DNA of 54,551 bases, counting the filler, from Bipalium vagum (taxonomy: Eukaryota): the NCBI GenBank assembly GCA_037834085.1. It is 3 parts of 3 records of this genome, joined end to end, with 100 filler letters (N's around TTAATTAATTAA, not from the genome) between each part and the next. Parts side by side here need not be neighbours in the genome. Positions count along the whole stretch, not along the records: positions 1 to 22,425 come from JBBMKC010221350.1; positions 22,526 to 38,602 come from JBBMKC010128124.1; 1 more part is not named here. The stretch is one strand, 5' to 3'. The first letter of the stretch is position 1. Every line of letters begins with the position of its first letter. The translations under genes were made by a program, and so were the position numbers. Shown here piece after piece: positions 12,501 to 26,200 of this stretch. Below the pieces are notes generated by a model that was given only the letters and a program-made list of their open reading frames with translations, had not been told where the DNA came from and searched no databases.

Positions 12501-15500
12501 GTAGTACTCATGCAGAAAGCAGTGCCTGGAGTGAATATTCGTAATACTTTTTTCCATTATGGTTTCAATAAGAAATATCAAATTATTATTTAAGTTTAAA
12601 TGTGATACATAAATGGTATTATTCAAACAAATACAACATAAATTTCAACAAAGAATTTCAAATAGATTTAAATTGATTTTATTAAAATACAAGTTTTGCA
12701 GTATAAAGGAATCACAATTAAATTGGATCCCTAATATCATTAAAAAATGAAAACGTTAATTCTTACCGGTTTTTCGGAAAATCAGCTTGTGACAGTGGTG
12801 CCTAAAATGTATTTCTGTAATAAAGAAATCTAAAGTTCAAGTTCATTTCTTTGGTCAACTGGACTTATGATAACCCCATTAAGATGAGTTTTAGTTTCAA
12901 TTCAGTATTGATAAATGAACAAATCCTTTTGATTTTAAAGGGATATTTTCAGAATTTTATCAACTTTTTTTAATAAACATTTTTGATTTATGACTTAATA
13001 TTTGAAATTTTTTAATTCATTCCCGCTCATGGTGGAAAAACTCAGTTTTTCATATTTTTACTTACTTTGATCAGTTTATCGGTTTAACTTGTTTTAATTT
13101 TAAATAATATTAAAAGAAATTGCAGTTCTTGATTTTTAATTTTAACTCATAAGACGCAAACGTAACAATTTTTATTGAAATGATTTTAATATAATACGAA
13201 AATATCTTGTGAAAAAAGAAGAGGTATTCAATTATATATATATTTTTGGCTATCTGAATAAAAATTTTACTTATAATTTTACGAAGTCGTTTAACTTCGT
13301 TGTAAATCACCATTGTAATGCACGTTCTTCGGTGATTCCTTCAGTGAACGCATCATTCATTATCCGATTTTCTTTTCATGATATTCGGAGTGTTAATTTA
13401 ATGTAAAAGATAAATTAAGCCAAATTTTTCGTGTTTTTGTTTTACATAAAAAATTAAAAATTTACATGCTATATATTATTTTTATTATTTTTATCATATA
13501 AGATAGGTTAGGTCGTGAATGTTTCATTCTGATTTATTTCTTGTTTAAAAGATAATATTTTAAAAATTGTAAAATATTTTTCTATCAAAATATTTCAAGA
13601 GAAAATTAAGTGTTATCCTTTTATTTGAGTTTACTTTTTAAGATGATATTTTTAAGATAAATAGTTATTTTTTATCAAAATTATAAAGGTCTTTTTTTCG
13701 ATTAAAAATGAAAGTTTATCTTTGTAATCGAATTACAATAATTTATTTTGAAGATTTTTTGGAAATATTGGTGTATATCATAATATTTCATTTAATGAGG
13801 TTATAAGAATTTTTTTCAAAGTAATTAAAGTTTTTTCAATAAATAATCTACTGTCTTAATTTGTCAAATTTAAATAAAATAATAGTGGGGATATTTGCAA
13901 ATACTATCCAAAGATATTTAAGTGTGTGGATTAGATATTCATTCGAAACAATTATAGTCTCATTTTATAGGAAGGTTGAAATTATTATAATTTTAATTGA
14001 TCTCATGTACTTATTATAAAAAATCAACGGATATATAGAATGTTTTCGTGACTGAAAAGATGTTTACTTAAATAGTAAAGTTTATTTTTGTTTTATGATT
14101 CATACTGGTTTAAATATATTTTAAAACTGTTTTTTATTTATATTTTATTTAAAATATTGACATTTTTGTTGATACATGTAAAACGATTTTACTCTTTCAC
14201 CTTTTAAAATAAAATACATTTTTCACTGGTCAATAAAACGCTTAAAAGACCAAAAAAAACATAATTTTTATTTATTGACAAAATAAATAAATAAAATTTA
14301 AACCCAAAATTGGATGAAAAGTCTGTATTCTCGACCCAACAGAATAACAGCGTAGTTCATTGAAAATTGAGTTCAATCAATTTTCCACTGTACCTTATTT
14401 CTTTGACAGTCCTAATGATTTTTTTTCACGTCAGTATTTTGGTATAAACTGTTAATTGAGTTTTTCTATTTTAGAAAATAAATTGATTTCGTAAAATCTG
14501 TTTTTCTCTACAAATCACTGAAACTTAATTTTTATACTTATCCTTTATTATTCTGCATGGTCTTATAAAATATTGTTCCATTTAAAGAAAATATTAAATA
14601 ATGTCACTTTCATGAATTGATAGTTTGGTCTTGTGTAAATAATATCTGAAGAAATCTTTAGAAGTACTAAAACGATTTGATTAAGTTTCTAATTTTATTC
14701 TTAGAAGAAAATAATTGATATGAAGAAATCAGACTACTAAAGGATGTTTTAACTGTTTTCTCTTATCAAAATGTGTTTTAAATATCTTTTTTTTCTTTTA
14801 ATTTTATTTCATGTTTTCACCAAGAAAATTTTAAGGTATATGAAAAAATAAAATTTTAAATTCATTGTTACATATTTTGTTCTGTTTTGTTTACTGTCAA
14901 CTGTTGGTAGTGTTTCATGGAACTTTATATTTTCAAAAATTTTCATTACTAAAACAAAACTTGCTAAATAATAATTATATTTATCTGGCTATCTCAAAAC
15001 AAATATTCCAGGGCTCCTGTTTATTATAATTATTCGTCGAGTCTATCTAAATTATTCTAATCTTATAATATCACATTTTTTTCAATCATGTAAAGTTTAA
15101 TTTTTATCTCTTTCTGTTTATTTCTTTTATTTATCTATTTCGGGAATTGATTTCTTTAGTTCTTTATGTTATGAAAATATTATATTTTTATACATATAGT
15201 CTTTGTCTTCGTTTTCATTATTAAAATCTAGCTCCGTGAAAATTGGAATCATTTCTAAAAGTCTAAAAATAAATAATTTGTGTTTCTTGTTTATTATTCA
15301 AATCAAAAATGGTTTTTAAATAATCACTTTGTAAAAGTACTTTTAACTCGGAGAAATTATTCGATGAAAATAGTCACTTATGAACTTGATGATGATTTAT
15401 GATGATATGATCAATAATCACCAAGTGCTTTTACTATTTAAAAACTTTAAAAATGTTGAGTATCTACAAATTATCGATGGAATAAGTGAGAGCTGGATTC

Positions 15501-16559
15501 AAGTTCAATTGACACCTTAAGTTTATATAGTAATAATATAGAAATATCTAAAGATTAAAGTAAAAGAATATTTTGTTCGTTTACGCTAAAAGTTTCTGTT
15601 TCTTTCATAAAATCAGAGTGGAAAATATAATGAGAACGATTGCTTCGTTATTTTTTTCAATTTAAAATAAAGTTTAATTGGAAATGTTTATTTTCTAAAA
15701 CTTTGAATTTTAAATTCAGCTCATACATCATTATCAAGATCAAATAAGTTTGAAAATATTGATATTAAAGTCTCTCTGGAAACTGAACTTCAATTTTACA
15801 CTGTTACATGTAAATATTATTATCATCATAGGAACGTCATTAATTATCATAAATATCACAGATTGTAATTTTGTTGAATATGTAACATATGTGTGCGTTT
15901 GTGCCTGAGTGTGTGGATAAGTTTGTGGGCTGTGATGACCAAAGCATTAATCTTAAAATAATATGCTTATTTGGATTCCAAAATAAATTGTCTATGAATT
16001 TGATGATCTTGTATAATGTTTCACTAATTAATAATGTAACGACCGGAATTATTATTCACATATATAAAATTTTTGTTCATATAGCATATCGAAAAACGAA
16101 AATTGTCAATAAATGAAGTTAAAACGCACCACTTTGCTTTAGTGAATTGCATTGGGATTATTTCATCTCTTGTTTAATCAATCAAATTTAAACAGATATC
16201 AATATTTTCGTGTACACATCAGTTAAATAGATAAGTAAATGATTCATGAATGATAAAAAGTACAATAGTTGTGCTTTAATTCACCGCCAAGTTAATAAAC
16301 ATAAAATATCAAGCCGTTTCATAAACAATATACTATAATATAATTATTTAATTTTACCAAGTTACAAAATTTAACAAAAAAAAATTTCAAGATTTCATGT
16401 CCTCCTAAATCTTATCAAGCAAATTACCATTTTTATTTTTATACGATTCCTCCACAAAAACTCTGAAATGTATGAGTGCAACAGGTTTCAATGCGTTCTA
16501 TTATACCTTTTATTTCGTTCCTTTCGAGTTTTCAAGTTTTTTCAATTCGTTAAGTATTG

Positions 16560-17020
16560 GCACCAGTTAATGGGTCAAAAAAATTTGCAAGTAACAGAAA
16601 TACTCATTACATCTTATCAATACGAATGGAATAAGGAAAACACATTTCATCTAACTATTTGACTGTGAAAACAGGTTTGATAGTAGGACTTTATGAAAAT
16701 GAATAAGTTGTAGAGAAATAGCAAGAAGAAATTACTCCATTATTTTACGTACATGGAATACGTGGTGTAAGGAAGGCTTGCAGCATTATCACGGTGGCAG
16801 TTAAAAATATCCAAGCACCAAAGAACATGAAGATTAACACCTTCAACTCTTAGCTGGTGGGCACAGCTTTATGTCGACCACTAAAATTAAATTTTAATCC
16901 TTAGAACTACATATCTAAGATTGAGTAGTATTGATGTTACCGAATCATAGGGAGTTACAGCTGTAATTATGGTATGAGAGTCATGGCTTTGGATTCCGAT
17001 CATCACTTTCATTTATCAGA
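16560..17020 (+). mobile_element. Tc1-like remnant
   Basis: GLIVGLYENE..CREIARR..LRTWNTWCKEG resembles a Tc1 N-terminal HTH, with IMV* (VMVWG-like) downstream. Heavily decayed. Confidence 0.55.
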
Positions 17021-17699
17021 TATTTTTTGAATGTACTTAGATAAATCGATAAATTCTGAGACCCATATTACCTCCACTAATGGAAACACTTCCAGGCAAA
17101 AGTTTTCAATAATAAAACGCGAAACCTCTTACACCAGTATAATAGCAAAGTTTATGTAAGACTCAGAAATGGAAACAATAACTAGTCCAGTATATTCATT
17201 AGTTAGTGAGCAAAGGTCATCTTCTGATATTCCTAAAAAATTGAATGAATTTTAAAAGATCAGCTTCAAGAAATATGGAACGACATACCTCTAGGAGAAA
17301 AATCTTTTCATTAGCAGTATCTCAAGAAGAATTCAAATATTTGACAGTTTTAATTTTTATAGTTATTCGTTTTTTTTTAATATGAGTAAATTTGTTATTG
17401 TGACTTTAAATTGGTGATACCTTAAAAATAATAATAAAATTATACTTATGTTTTGATTTTAGATATTAAATATAATATGCGCTATTTATCATAATTCACT
17501 ATGATACTATAGAGTATATATACATATATATACATATATATGTAGTATTTGTTGAGAATATTTAACGTGTTTTTTTCTTTTATTAGATTAAAATACAATA
17601 ATACACATTTCTGGAATTTCTCAGTTCTTAGAAATAAGTAATTATAGATATTATTCACGGTGAATTTTTAAAGCGAATTATTGTAAAATAAAATTTTAT

Positions 17700-18330
17700 T
17701 ATCGGAAGAAGGATATTTCCAAAAGCATCTACCATGTCTTAGCTTGTAAGAAATTGTCGGATAACTAGAAATTAAATGAATCTCTTAAACTTAAGTTTCA
17801 CCAACGGAAGGTTTAGGTGCCTGTTTGGTGGTGTTCCCCCCATTTGACCCATTATAAATTCTTAAAATGTTGTCAAACAATTACTGCCGAAAAGTATTAA
17901 AATGGAAATCAAAGAAATATATCAAAAACGGAAGTCCATCTAACAAGCCTTGGTCAATAGAAAAGGCCCACTGCCTCTTCATGTTAAGGCCAGACCATAC
18001 ATTGCGCAATTTACCGTACAAAAATTGAACCAGGTTGATATTGAAATTCTGCCTTACCCAGAATACTCACCAGACCCCTCGCCTACTGATTATTATTTCT
18101 TCAAACGTATGGAAATATTATTCAGCAAGAAAACGTTCCCCAATGATAATGCAGTAATTAAAGTCTTTGAAGGATTTGTAACATATAGAACTTCACGTTT
18201 TTTATGAATCAGAGAAATGTGTACAACGCAATGGTTCCTATTTTTATAAATACAATTTTTCTTAAGCTGTGATTTGTTCATTTGAAGTTCAATGTTAAAA
18301 ATCACCATTTATATCTATAGAACCTACTAA
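17700..18330 (+). mobile_element. mariner remnant, cecropia/Hsmar1-like
   Basis: VWW..HYKFLKCCQTITAEKY, then LVNRKGPLPLHVKARPYIAQFTVQKLNQVDIEILPYPEYSPDPSPTDYYFFK, closely paralleling Hsmar1 [52 protein letters not shown]. Second catalytic D lost. Confidence 0.9.
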
Positions 18331-18989
18331 AAATTAATTCTTTGTGCCTTTTCTTATTTTTACTCGTCTACTGATTTTATTCTTCATTTTAAATTTTAAG
18401 TTTCGTCTGAGGTGAAATTTTCTAAAAAAAAATAATAATTAAATATTATTGATTTTTTCTATTTTCTTTAAGATTTTCTGAAAATATTAATATATTATCA
18501 CTGATCTACGTATGAGTCGAATTATCAAATTATAAAGTATTTTAATTATCTAACAATGTAGTCGATTTTTTAAAGTTTCCTGTTTTTAAAAGACGAGTAA
18601 AAATTATTTATAATTGGAATCATACATTTTTAAGTAAACCGTGTTTGAAAAATGTTCAGTTTGTCAAGATATCAACAATGTTTCATTGATTGAATCTGTC
18701 AACTTCTACTTATCCCAGTCTGCTTCCGTTTACAGACTCCCTAATTTTTTTAATCAAGTAATTTAAAAACAATCTCCTTCTAATTTCATTTTTAAATGCA
18801 AGATTAAGTAACATTCCCCTATATCTGCTGTTGAAAGAAATACTAATTCAACAATATAAAATTTTATTTTACCAATCATAATTTCTAAATTTACTTTTGA
18901 CAATGAATTAATAATTTTGGCTTAATAATATTTTATTGCACAGACTCGTTTTAACTTTGAGAAATTTCTGTTCCAAAAAGAACATTTAC

Positions 18990-19480
18990 AATTTGACGGT
19001 ACAATTCCGGTATTAGAAAATTTGAGACATTGGTAACAGTAGCGGAAAGACAACCCAAAACATCGTATTAAACCTGATTTCTATTATAATAAAGAGACAT
19101 TTTATAATTAAATTATTAACAATTTCAATTTACACTAATAATTGAATTGTGAAAAAAGTAACCAAATCAAAAAATCTATAAATTTTGCTAAAACAAAAAA
19201 TTAATTTTCATCGCGAACCTGACTGAAGTTAAACTGACGCATTTCAAAAAATACTGTAGTATTTCTTTAACTAATTCCTTATTAAATGATCTGTCTCACT
19301 TGAGATTAATTTCGCTTACCCATGCCGTCGTCTTCAAATATGAATCTTGTTAATATCATTATCCCATGATTAAAATAGTTTTTATAATACCGTCATTCTT
19401 GTGATTACATTATCGGGGATTGATAAATATTCTGCAACTCGTTTAATGGAAAAAATGTTGGTTTTGTCACTTTGCAAAGA
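18990..19480. mobile_element. Short Tc1-like HTH fragments on both strands
   Basis: IRKFETLVTVAERQP (+) and KRVAEYLSIPDNVITR (-); weak motif resemblance only. Confidence 0.3.
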
Positions 19481-22425
19481 ATAGGTGAATGATTATATGA
19501 CTTACGTGTCTATATGGTTTGAGAGTGGTACTTTCAGTTTGTTTATAAGTTTAAAATTTGTTTTATTCGTAGAATTGAAACGATCACAATTATTATTTAT
19601 TTAATTTATGTTGGAATTAAAGAGGCATAATAATAATGTTCATGTAACAAAATCCCGAAGGTTAATTTGTTAATATTTCATAACACAGCGAGACAAATAT
19701 TATAAATCTAGTGACACAGGGGTTTTGACATCAATGATTCATACAATTTTTATCTGTGAAATGTCAAAAAATAACTGACAGCACATCATTCGATGTTCTA
19801 CCAATATTATATATGCAACCGGTGGTGAATTTTCTATTATTATTATTATTATATATATTAGTTCTAGTCGTACTGATTAAGTCTTATGGTTGTGAAATAA
19901 CGTATTGATTTATGAATTGAAAATTTTAGCTTACTACATTTCAAGTTCTGGTTTTATTATAATCCTTAAAACTGTCAAACCAATTAATTAAATCTTGTTG
20001 GCTTTATACTTTAAAAAAATTCTAAATAATTATAATTAAGCAAGTTAAAAATGGAATTATTAGAAAAAAAATTTTTTAGTCCGTATTTTCCTAAGCTCCT
20101 TTTTTCTCAAAAAAACTTCATAATTAGTTAACATTTGCCTGGTAAGCAAAGTTTTTGTTTTGAAGACAAAGAATACAAGAATATTTTTCACAGATTTTGA
20201 AGTTTACTTAAATGTTCACTCTTAGTAAATGACTTCTGAACGTCAACTAACTAAAATCATTATTATTAAAATTCACATGGTTACATTACTGGATTCGATT
20301 TCGATCAAACTTTTAATAAAAAGTCTCGAGTATCATTAATTTAACTTTTATGGTTAAGCTTTAAATGTCTCTTTGTGATTAACATATGAAAAAATTGAAC
20401 GAAAAATTTTAAATTTTTAAGTTACCATTATTTAGGACATTTTTTGGTAAACCTTAGAAATTTTCTTTTTTCATTTATAAAAATATATCCTTCACTAATA
20501 TCCGTTAATATTTCACTGTTGGTGATTGGTGGGTTATTTATGTTTTCTTTATCAATTTAACTTATCGAGAATAAAGCACAATATGATTTATTTCACAGCA
20601 AAAAAGTTGTGCTAGGTTTTTATTGGTGATTACCATAAATGAAACTAAACTAATCTTTTCTATTTTTAAAACCAACATTTTAATTTAAATAAAATAAATC
20701 TTAAATAACTTTTCAATAATATTCAAACATTCACAAATAAATTATGAATAATAAAGATTATCGTTACATTAATTCATTATACATATTCGATAGATGTTTT
20801 TATTTCAGATCTTAATGGCGGAGATGTAATTCAATCTATGTATTTTATCTTTGATTTTTAGGATAAAAGCGATCTTTTTTGATATATAATTAAATAATGA
20901 TGTAGGTCCATTTTAAAATATAAAAAAATATAATTTCAAGGTTAATTTTATTTTATAATTACTTATATTATGATTTATATTACATAATATATTATTAGGA
21001 ATATTATGATTTTATTCTTAAAATAACCAATAATTAAATTATTTATGAGTACTTATAAAAGATTTATTAAATATTATATTCTTTAAAATTATGTATAACA
21101 TAATTAGTTTAAGCAACGCGGGCTACAGCCGTTAGAGCTCCAAAAATACATTTTTAAAAACCCTATTTATGTAAAATTTTATTCTAATTTTGATGTTTGT
21201 TTTAGTTTAACATTTTAACTTTCGATTATGAAAATCCAGCAATAAGTTTTAGATTTTGAGTTTCTAATCAAATGAGCGCAACCAAAGAACATAAATGATA
21301 CAAAAATTAACTTTCAAAAACGTCAATTTTTTATTTTTTTTAAAAAATATTAAGATTAATTTTAAAATTTGTTGATGAGAATGAATATCTTACAGCAATA
21401 CAAACAGTCAATGTCCATTTTTTTGGTATTATGAAATGCTTGATCATCTTATTTTCCAGAGAAAATGTTGTGACTTCTACTTCTATAGATTAGCTATTGC
21501 TGATTATTGTCTTCATTTGATTCAACCAAGAAAAATTTCATAGGAAAATGCTACAAAAATTTCCTGACATTGGATATGGAATATTGGAATAAGGTTTTGT
21601 ACATGTGAATTGTGGTTCAAAGAAATATTATTTTGAAGATAATATAAGTTTCGATTAATAAATTATTACATTCATATAACTTTTTAATCAGCGCAGTAAA
21701 TAGGTTTTTTACAAAGTAAGTTTGTGCACATTCTAAATTATAAATACATGTCAAATAGGCTTACAATTTTTGTATAAAAATTTCTTTAAATAATAAATAA
21801 ATATTTTTATTTATTAAATGTTGATTTTTAGGAATTTGACTAGCTCAGAGTTCCGTTAATTAATCTGGAATTTTATTGCCAAAAAATGAAATTGAATAAT
21901 TTTTGTAACGTTTTCGACAATTTTTAAGTCGAACCCAGAAATCATTTTTTATGAATTGATCAATAATTCTGTTAAAAATTAATTTATAGTCTGAGAAAAC
22001 AATTCTACTTCACTTTTCATATATCATTTTTTCTGGACTTTATTTAAAATGTAAAATTAATAGTAATATTTTATTTTTATATAAAATTATAATTATTTAA
22101 GTCTGAAAAAATTATAATGCTTTGATTTCTCATTTTTTAATCATAACTCTTACAAAATGGTTTATGACTTTTTGGGTCAGTTATAAACTTCAGAAAAATC
22201 CCTTACATTTATGGGTATTGTATGTGTTTGTACTTCGGATAGTATCAAACGTATTTGTTTAATTGCTTTTTAAAGGAAAAATTGTGCTGAAATCTCATTA
22301 GTATTTATATTACTGGTTTTGAGTAATCTGGTTGGTTAATATAGTTTCTTACTACAGGGTGTTTCATAAGTAACTGACATTTTTTAAATGAATGATTTAT
22401 TATTAAATTTTTAATTCTTGGAATC

Positions 22426-22525
22426 NNNNNNNNNNNNNNNNNNNNNNNNNNNNNNNNNNNNNNNNNNNNTTAATTAATTAANNNNNNNNNNNNNNNNNNN
22501 NNNNNNNNNNNNNNNNNNNNNNNNN
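22426..22525. other. Assembly gap with artificial linker
   Basis: 44 N + TTAATTAATTAA (stop in all six frames) + 44 N = 100 nt. Confidence 0.97.
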
Positions 22526-22734
22526 TTATATAAGAGTCATAGCAGTTTTAGACCGGGATATCAAACAAGATGGACGGAACTGAAGACGACATACTCTGGA
22601 TAAATGACACCACCACTGCCGAAGATTATGACGAATCGGATGATGACGACTTCTAATCAGACCATATGAATAATGAGCAGGCATTGCAACTTCTTCAATC
22701 AGACTCGGATTCCGAATTTTGTGGTTTTGAATAA
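22526..22734 (+). mobile_element. pogo (POGK-like) transposase C-terminal remnant
   Basis: GISNKMDGTEDDILW...acidic tract...LLQSDSDSEFCGFE* matches the GISN.LDG.EDD.LW and SD.EF.GF tail of pogo-family transposases. Internal stop; 5' part lost in the gap. Confidence 0.75.
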
Positions 22735-22900
22735 ATGTTACCTATGATGCCATGTTTATAAATAAAAATATATAAATATTATCACGAATATTTTGCTATA
22801 AAGTATCAAAAGATTGACATCAATATTAAATAAAATATATGAAATAATCACTGAAAGTAAAATTGAGTATTATATTTGATATGAAAATATAAATTACATC

Positions 22901-22968
<68 letters not shown>
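22901..22968. repeat. (AAT)n microsatellite
   Basis: About 22 perfect units. Confidence 0.97.
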
Positions 22969-22970
<2 letters not shown>

Positions 22971-23298
22971 CTAAGAACATTCCAAAGCTGCATTTTTTAT
23001 ACAAGTCATGTATTAATTTATTTCTAAAGAAATGTTGATTTTCATGTGCAAAAACATTGAAGAACAAAAATTAAAATATTTAAGTCCTCGCAATACAAAA
23101 TGTTTTTATGATTTATTTTCGTAAAAAAGATTGTTTTTCATTTGTGATCAGTGGTTGAGTGGCTCAACGAATTATGCTTTTGTCAATGTGATGAGAGTGC
23201 GTGTGTGGAAAGTCGAAATATCTGTACAGCTTTTGTGATGGAACGAAGACATCTTTCTACAAATATTAACGTTTTTGACAGACAGTGGACAGAGCCTG

Positions 23299-26200
23299 TC
23301 AAGAGAGCAGCAATCTTTTCAGATTTTCTTCACGCTTATTACTGTTGTCAACTTGATCATCGCAAAGCTGATTTATCTGTTCCACTATTTCAGTGAATTC
23401 TAGATTGACATAGGCAGAAGAATTGGGCGATTTTTCCATCACAGTCATTTCCTCACAAACATTATTCTGATTCTTGAATCGTCGAGATATCAGGCCTTGG
23501 TCTAATATTAAATAATTGGTTTTCAGATGCCGAATAATGAAATCAAATTTTCTTCGAAAATGCTTCGAAGTATAAGGCACAGAAGAGAACAAATAAAGAT
23601 AAGTATCGATGGTTTTAATGTTGAATGAAATAATACTTTAGAAAAAGAAAATAAATCAATTTAAGATATGCTGAAAAATAATAACGAAAGGAAAACACCA
23701 ATTGAATGTTGGACTAAAATTAATAAATTTGATACAGAAAAATGGTTATATTTTGAAAATTTTTATTCTTAAGGTCAATTTGATCCAATGTATGGTACCG
23801 AAATACCTTTTTATTATATTGCCAACCATATTAATATTTTACGTTGGATTTTTTTATTTGGACTTAACACATGCAGGCGTTTATTCTTTGTCAGACGAAT
23901 AAAAACATGTATTTCCTGGCATATTACACCTGATAAAGTGAAGTATTTTTCGTAACGAAGTAGAAAAAAATTTTCAGAATCAATTATTTCTCTTCGTAAT
24001 TGTCGACACTTCTCAGATATTTCTTTCTCGGTGTACTTTGGTGCAAGTTAACTTTTAAAATGTTTAAATTCATATTCTTCTAATTTTCTTGTATACATGT
24101 TTTGGACACGTTAAATTTATTATCCAAACATCTTTGGCTAATATCAGAAAGGTCTTCAAACGTATTTCGCAATTTTTCTGAATTTGTTGGTTTATGTTTG
24201 GAGGACGACCTGTTCTAGGTTTGTCATAATATGGTAGACCATTTTCTGACTCAATACACTGTTGTTCATGGAATACGTTCAGCTTGAAAATGTTTAATGA
24301 CATCTGATATTTTCATTCGCCCAATAAGAAAAGATTCATTTCCATATTTTTTTTTAAAGGTCGTCATCCGATTCAAGGTGTCTCAAAAATGTATACCACT
24401 TTAAATATAAATCTTTAAGTAATTTAAAGTCCTTATTACTTGTTTGATAATTTGTTTGAATACTGCAATAACTGGTAAAAAAATACCGCTATTTTAAACC
24501 TATAAATTTTTTCTTAAAGGTTGAATCATAAAAAATAGGACTTTGAGCAGCGAAAATTTATTATCAAAAATTACTTCAAGTTCGAAAATATAAAAGAGGG
24601 ACAGACCCTGTTCAAGAAAGAATTTCAGATAGATCCTCCAACAAGAATAACAATCAGTGGAATAAAGGATAAATTCGAAAAGATGGAACTATTAATAATG
24701 TCAACAAGAACCATTCGCAGAATATCGAAAAGTCCCACAGAGAAAGAAATAATACTGGAATTATTTAATCGAACATCACAAACATCTGTGAGACAAGTAA
24801 ATCTTGAACTAGGGATTTCAAAAGATTTTGTTCACCGAAATTTGAAGCGCTGTAATATAAAATGCATTTCATTAAACTTTTCATTTATAATTATTTTAAG
24901 TGTGTATGCATTTTTATGAGCACCATGCATAAAATGAAAATTAAGGAAGCTATAAATTGATTTTTTTTATTTAAAGATTTTATGTGTTCTATTTGCAATA
25001 TGTTTTGTGCCAAAACCTTTCGACCATCCATTACGTATATTTTAATTTTAAATTATTATTATTTTAAATTTTATAATATTAATAGAGTCAGCACATTATA
25101 ACATTAAAATGATTTAAAATAAAAAATGTATTTGATCAGATTACGTTCTTATCAAGTAAATATTAAAAAATGCATATCAAATATAGGGTGAAAAAAACTT
25201 ACAAATATATAAAATGCTGTCCAAACGAATAAATATAATCTTTAAATATATTTTTAAAATATTTTCGACGATATAAGAATTTATTAAGTATATATTTTAA
25301 TTTGTAACAAGATGAATTTTTTATTTATTAGAACATTTATTTCATCAAATTACATTTTTTATTCTAGGTTTTAGTAAAATATGAAAGATAAATATTTTCC
25401 AAAAGAACAATAATTAACTTTCTTTACATGTTCAATAATGACAGTAAATAAACCAATGTATTTTTTCAATATTAAAGTGACAAAATAAAATTAACCCTTT
25501 TAAACTCGTTACGATTGAAGTACCTTTTTTTAGTTAACTGATATTCATATTAAATAGAAAAGGAATACTACTGGTATTGGAAACCAGAGGGCGTTTAAAC
25601 AAATCTTTCAAAATATTAAGTAAAATCATTATAAAATAATAACAACAACAACAATAATAATAATAATAATAACAATAATAATAACCTAATAGGTTACAAT
25701 TCAGGTGAACAAATTCATTAAATTTTTTATAGAAACATATTAATCAAAACTTATTAAATGCGTCCAAAATTAGGTTAAATCTAAAGTTGAACAGAAAAGA
25801 GTCAAGATCATTGAACTTATTTCCAAATGATTACATTTATCACATTACTGTTGGATTAAAAACCAAATATTTCAGTTTCTGTTATAGCCCTAGTATTTTA
25901 ATAAACCAGAATAAAAAATTATGAATAGATTATTAAAATTACGAACAAAATATTAGTCAAATTAAATAAATAATTAATTACTATTCTTATAATAATTTAA
26001 ACGAAAATCGATAAAAAATAGTGAAATATCTGGAAAGTATTTAACTAATATAATTTATACTTTCATTTCAGATTTTTCTGGATTTCACGTTAGTTTATTG
26101 TGTGATTATTGTATTTTAAATTGAACCGATTTTCCTATTTCAATATTTTTTTATTATTTTGTCTCTAATGCTTTTATTTTATTCAAATACGATAAACAAT

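Noticed and set aside
21114-21136. GC-rich GCAACGCGGGCTACAGCCGTTAG resembling a Helitron 3' end
   Set aside because: No clean hairpin plus CTRR terminus and no linked 5' end; too short to support.
22426-22525. Palindromic TTAATTAATTAA centred in N-runs (also 38603-38702)
   Set aside because: Identical 44N+12+44N layout twice; a six-frame-stop scaffolding linker, not biology.
23151-23396. 81-aa plus-strand ORF
   Set aside because: Antisense shadow of the Dok-7 terminal exon and 3' UTR; no motif.
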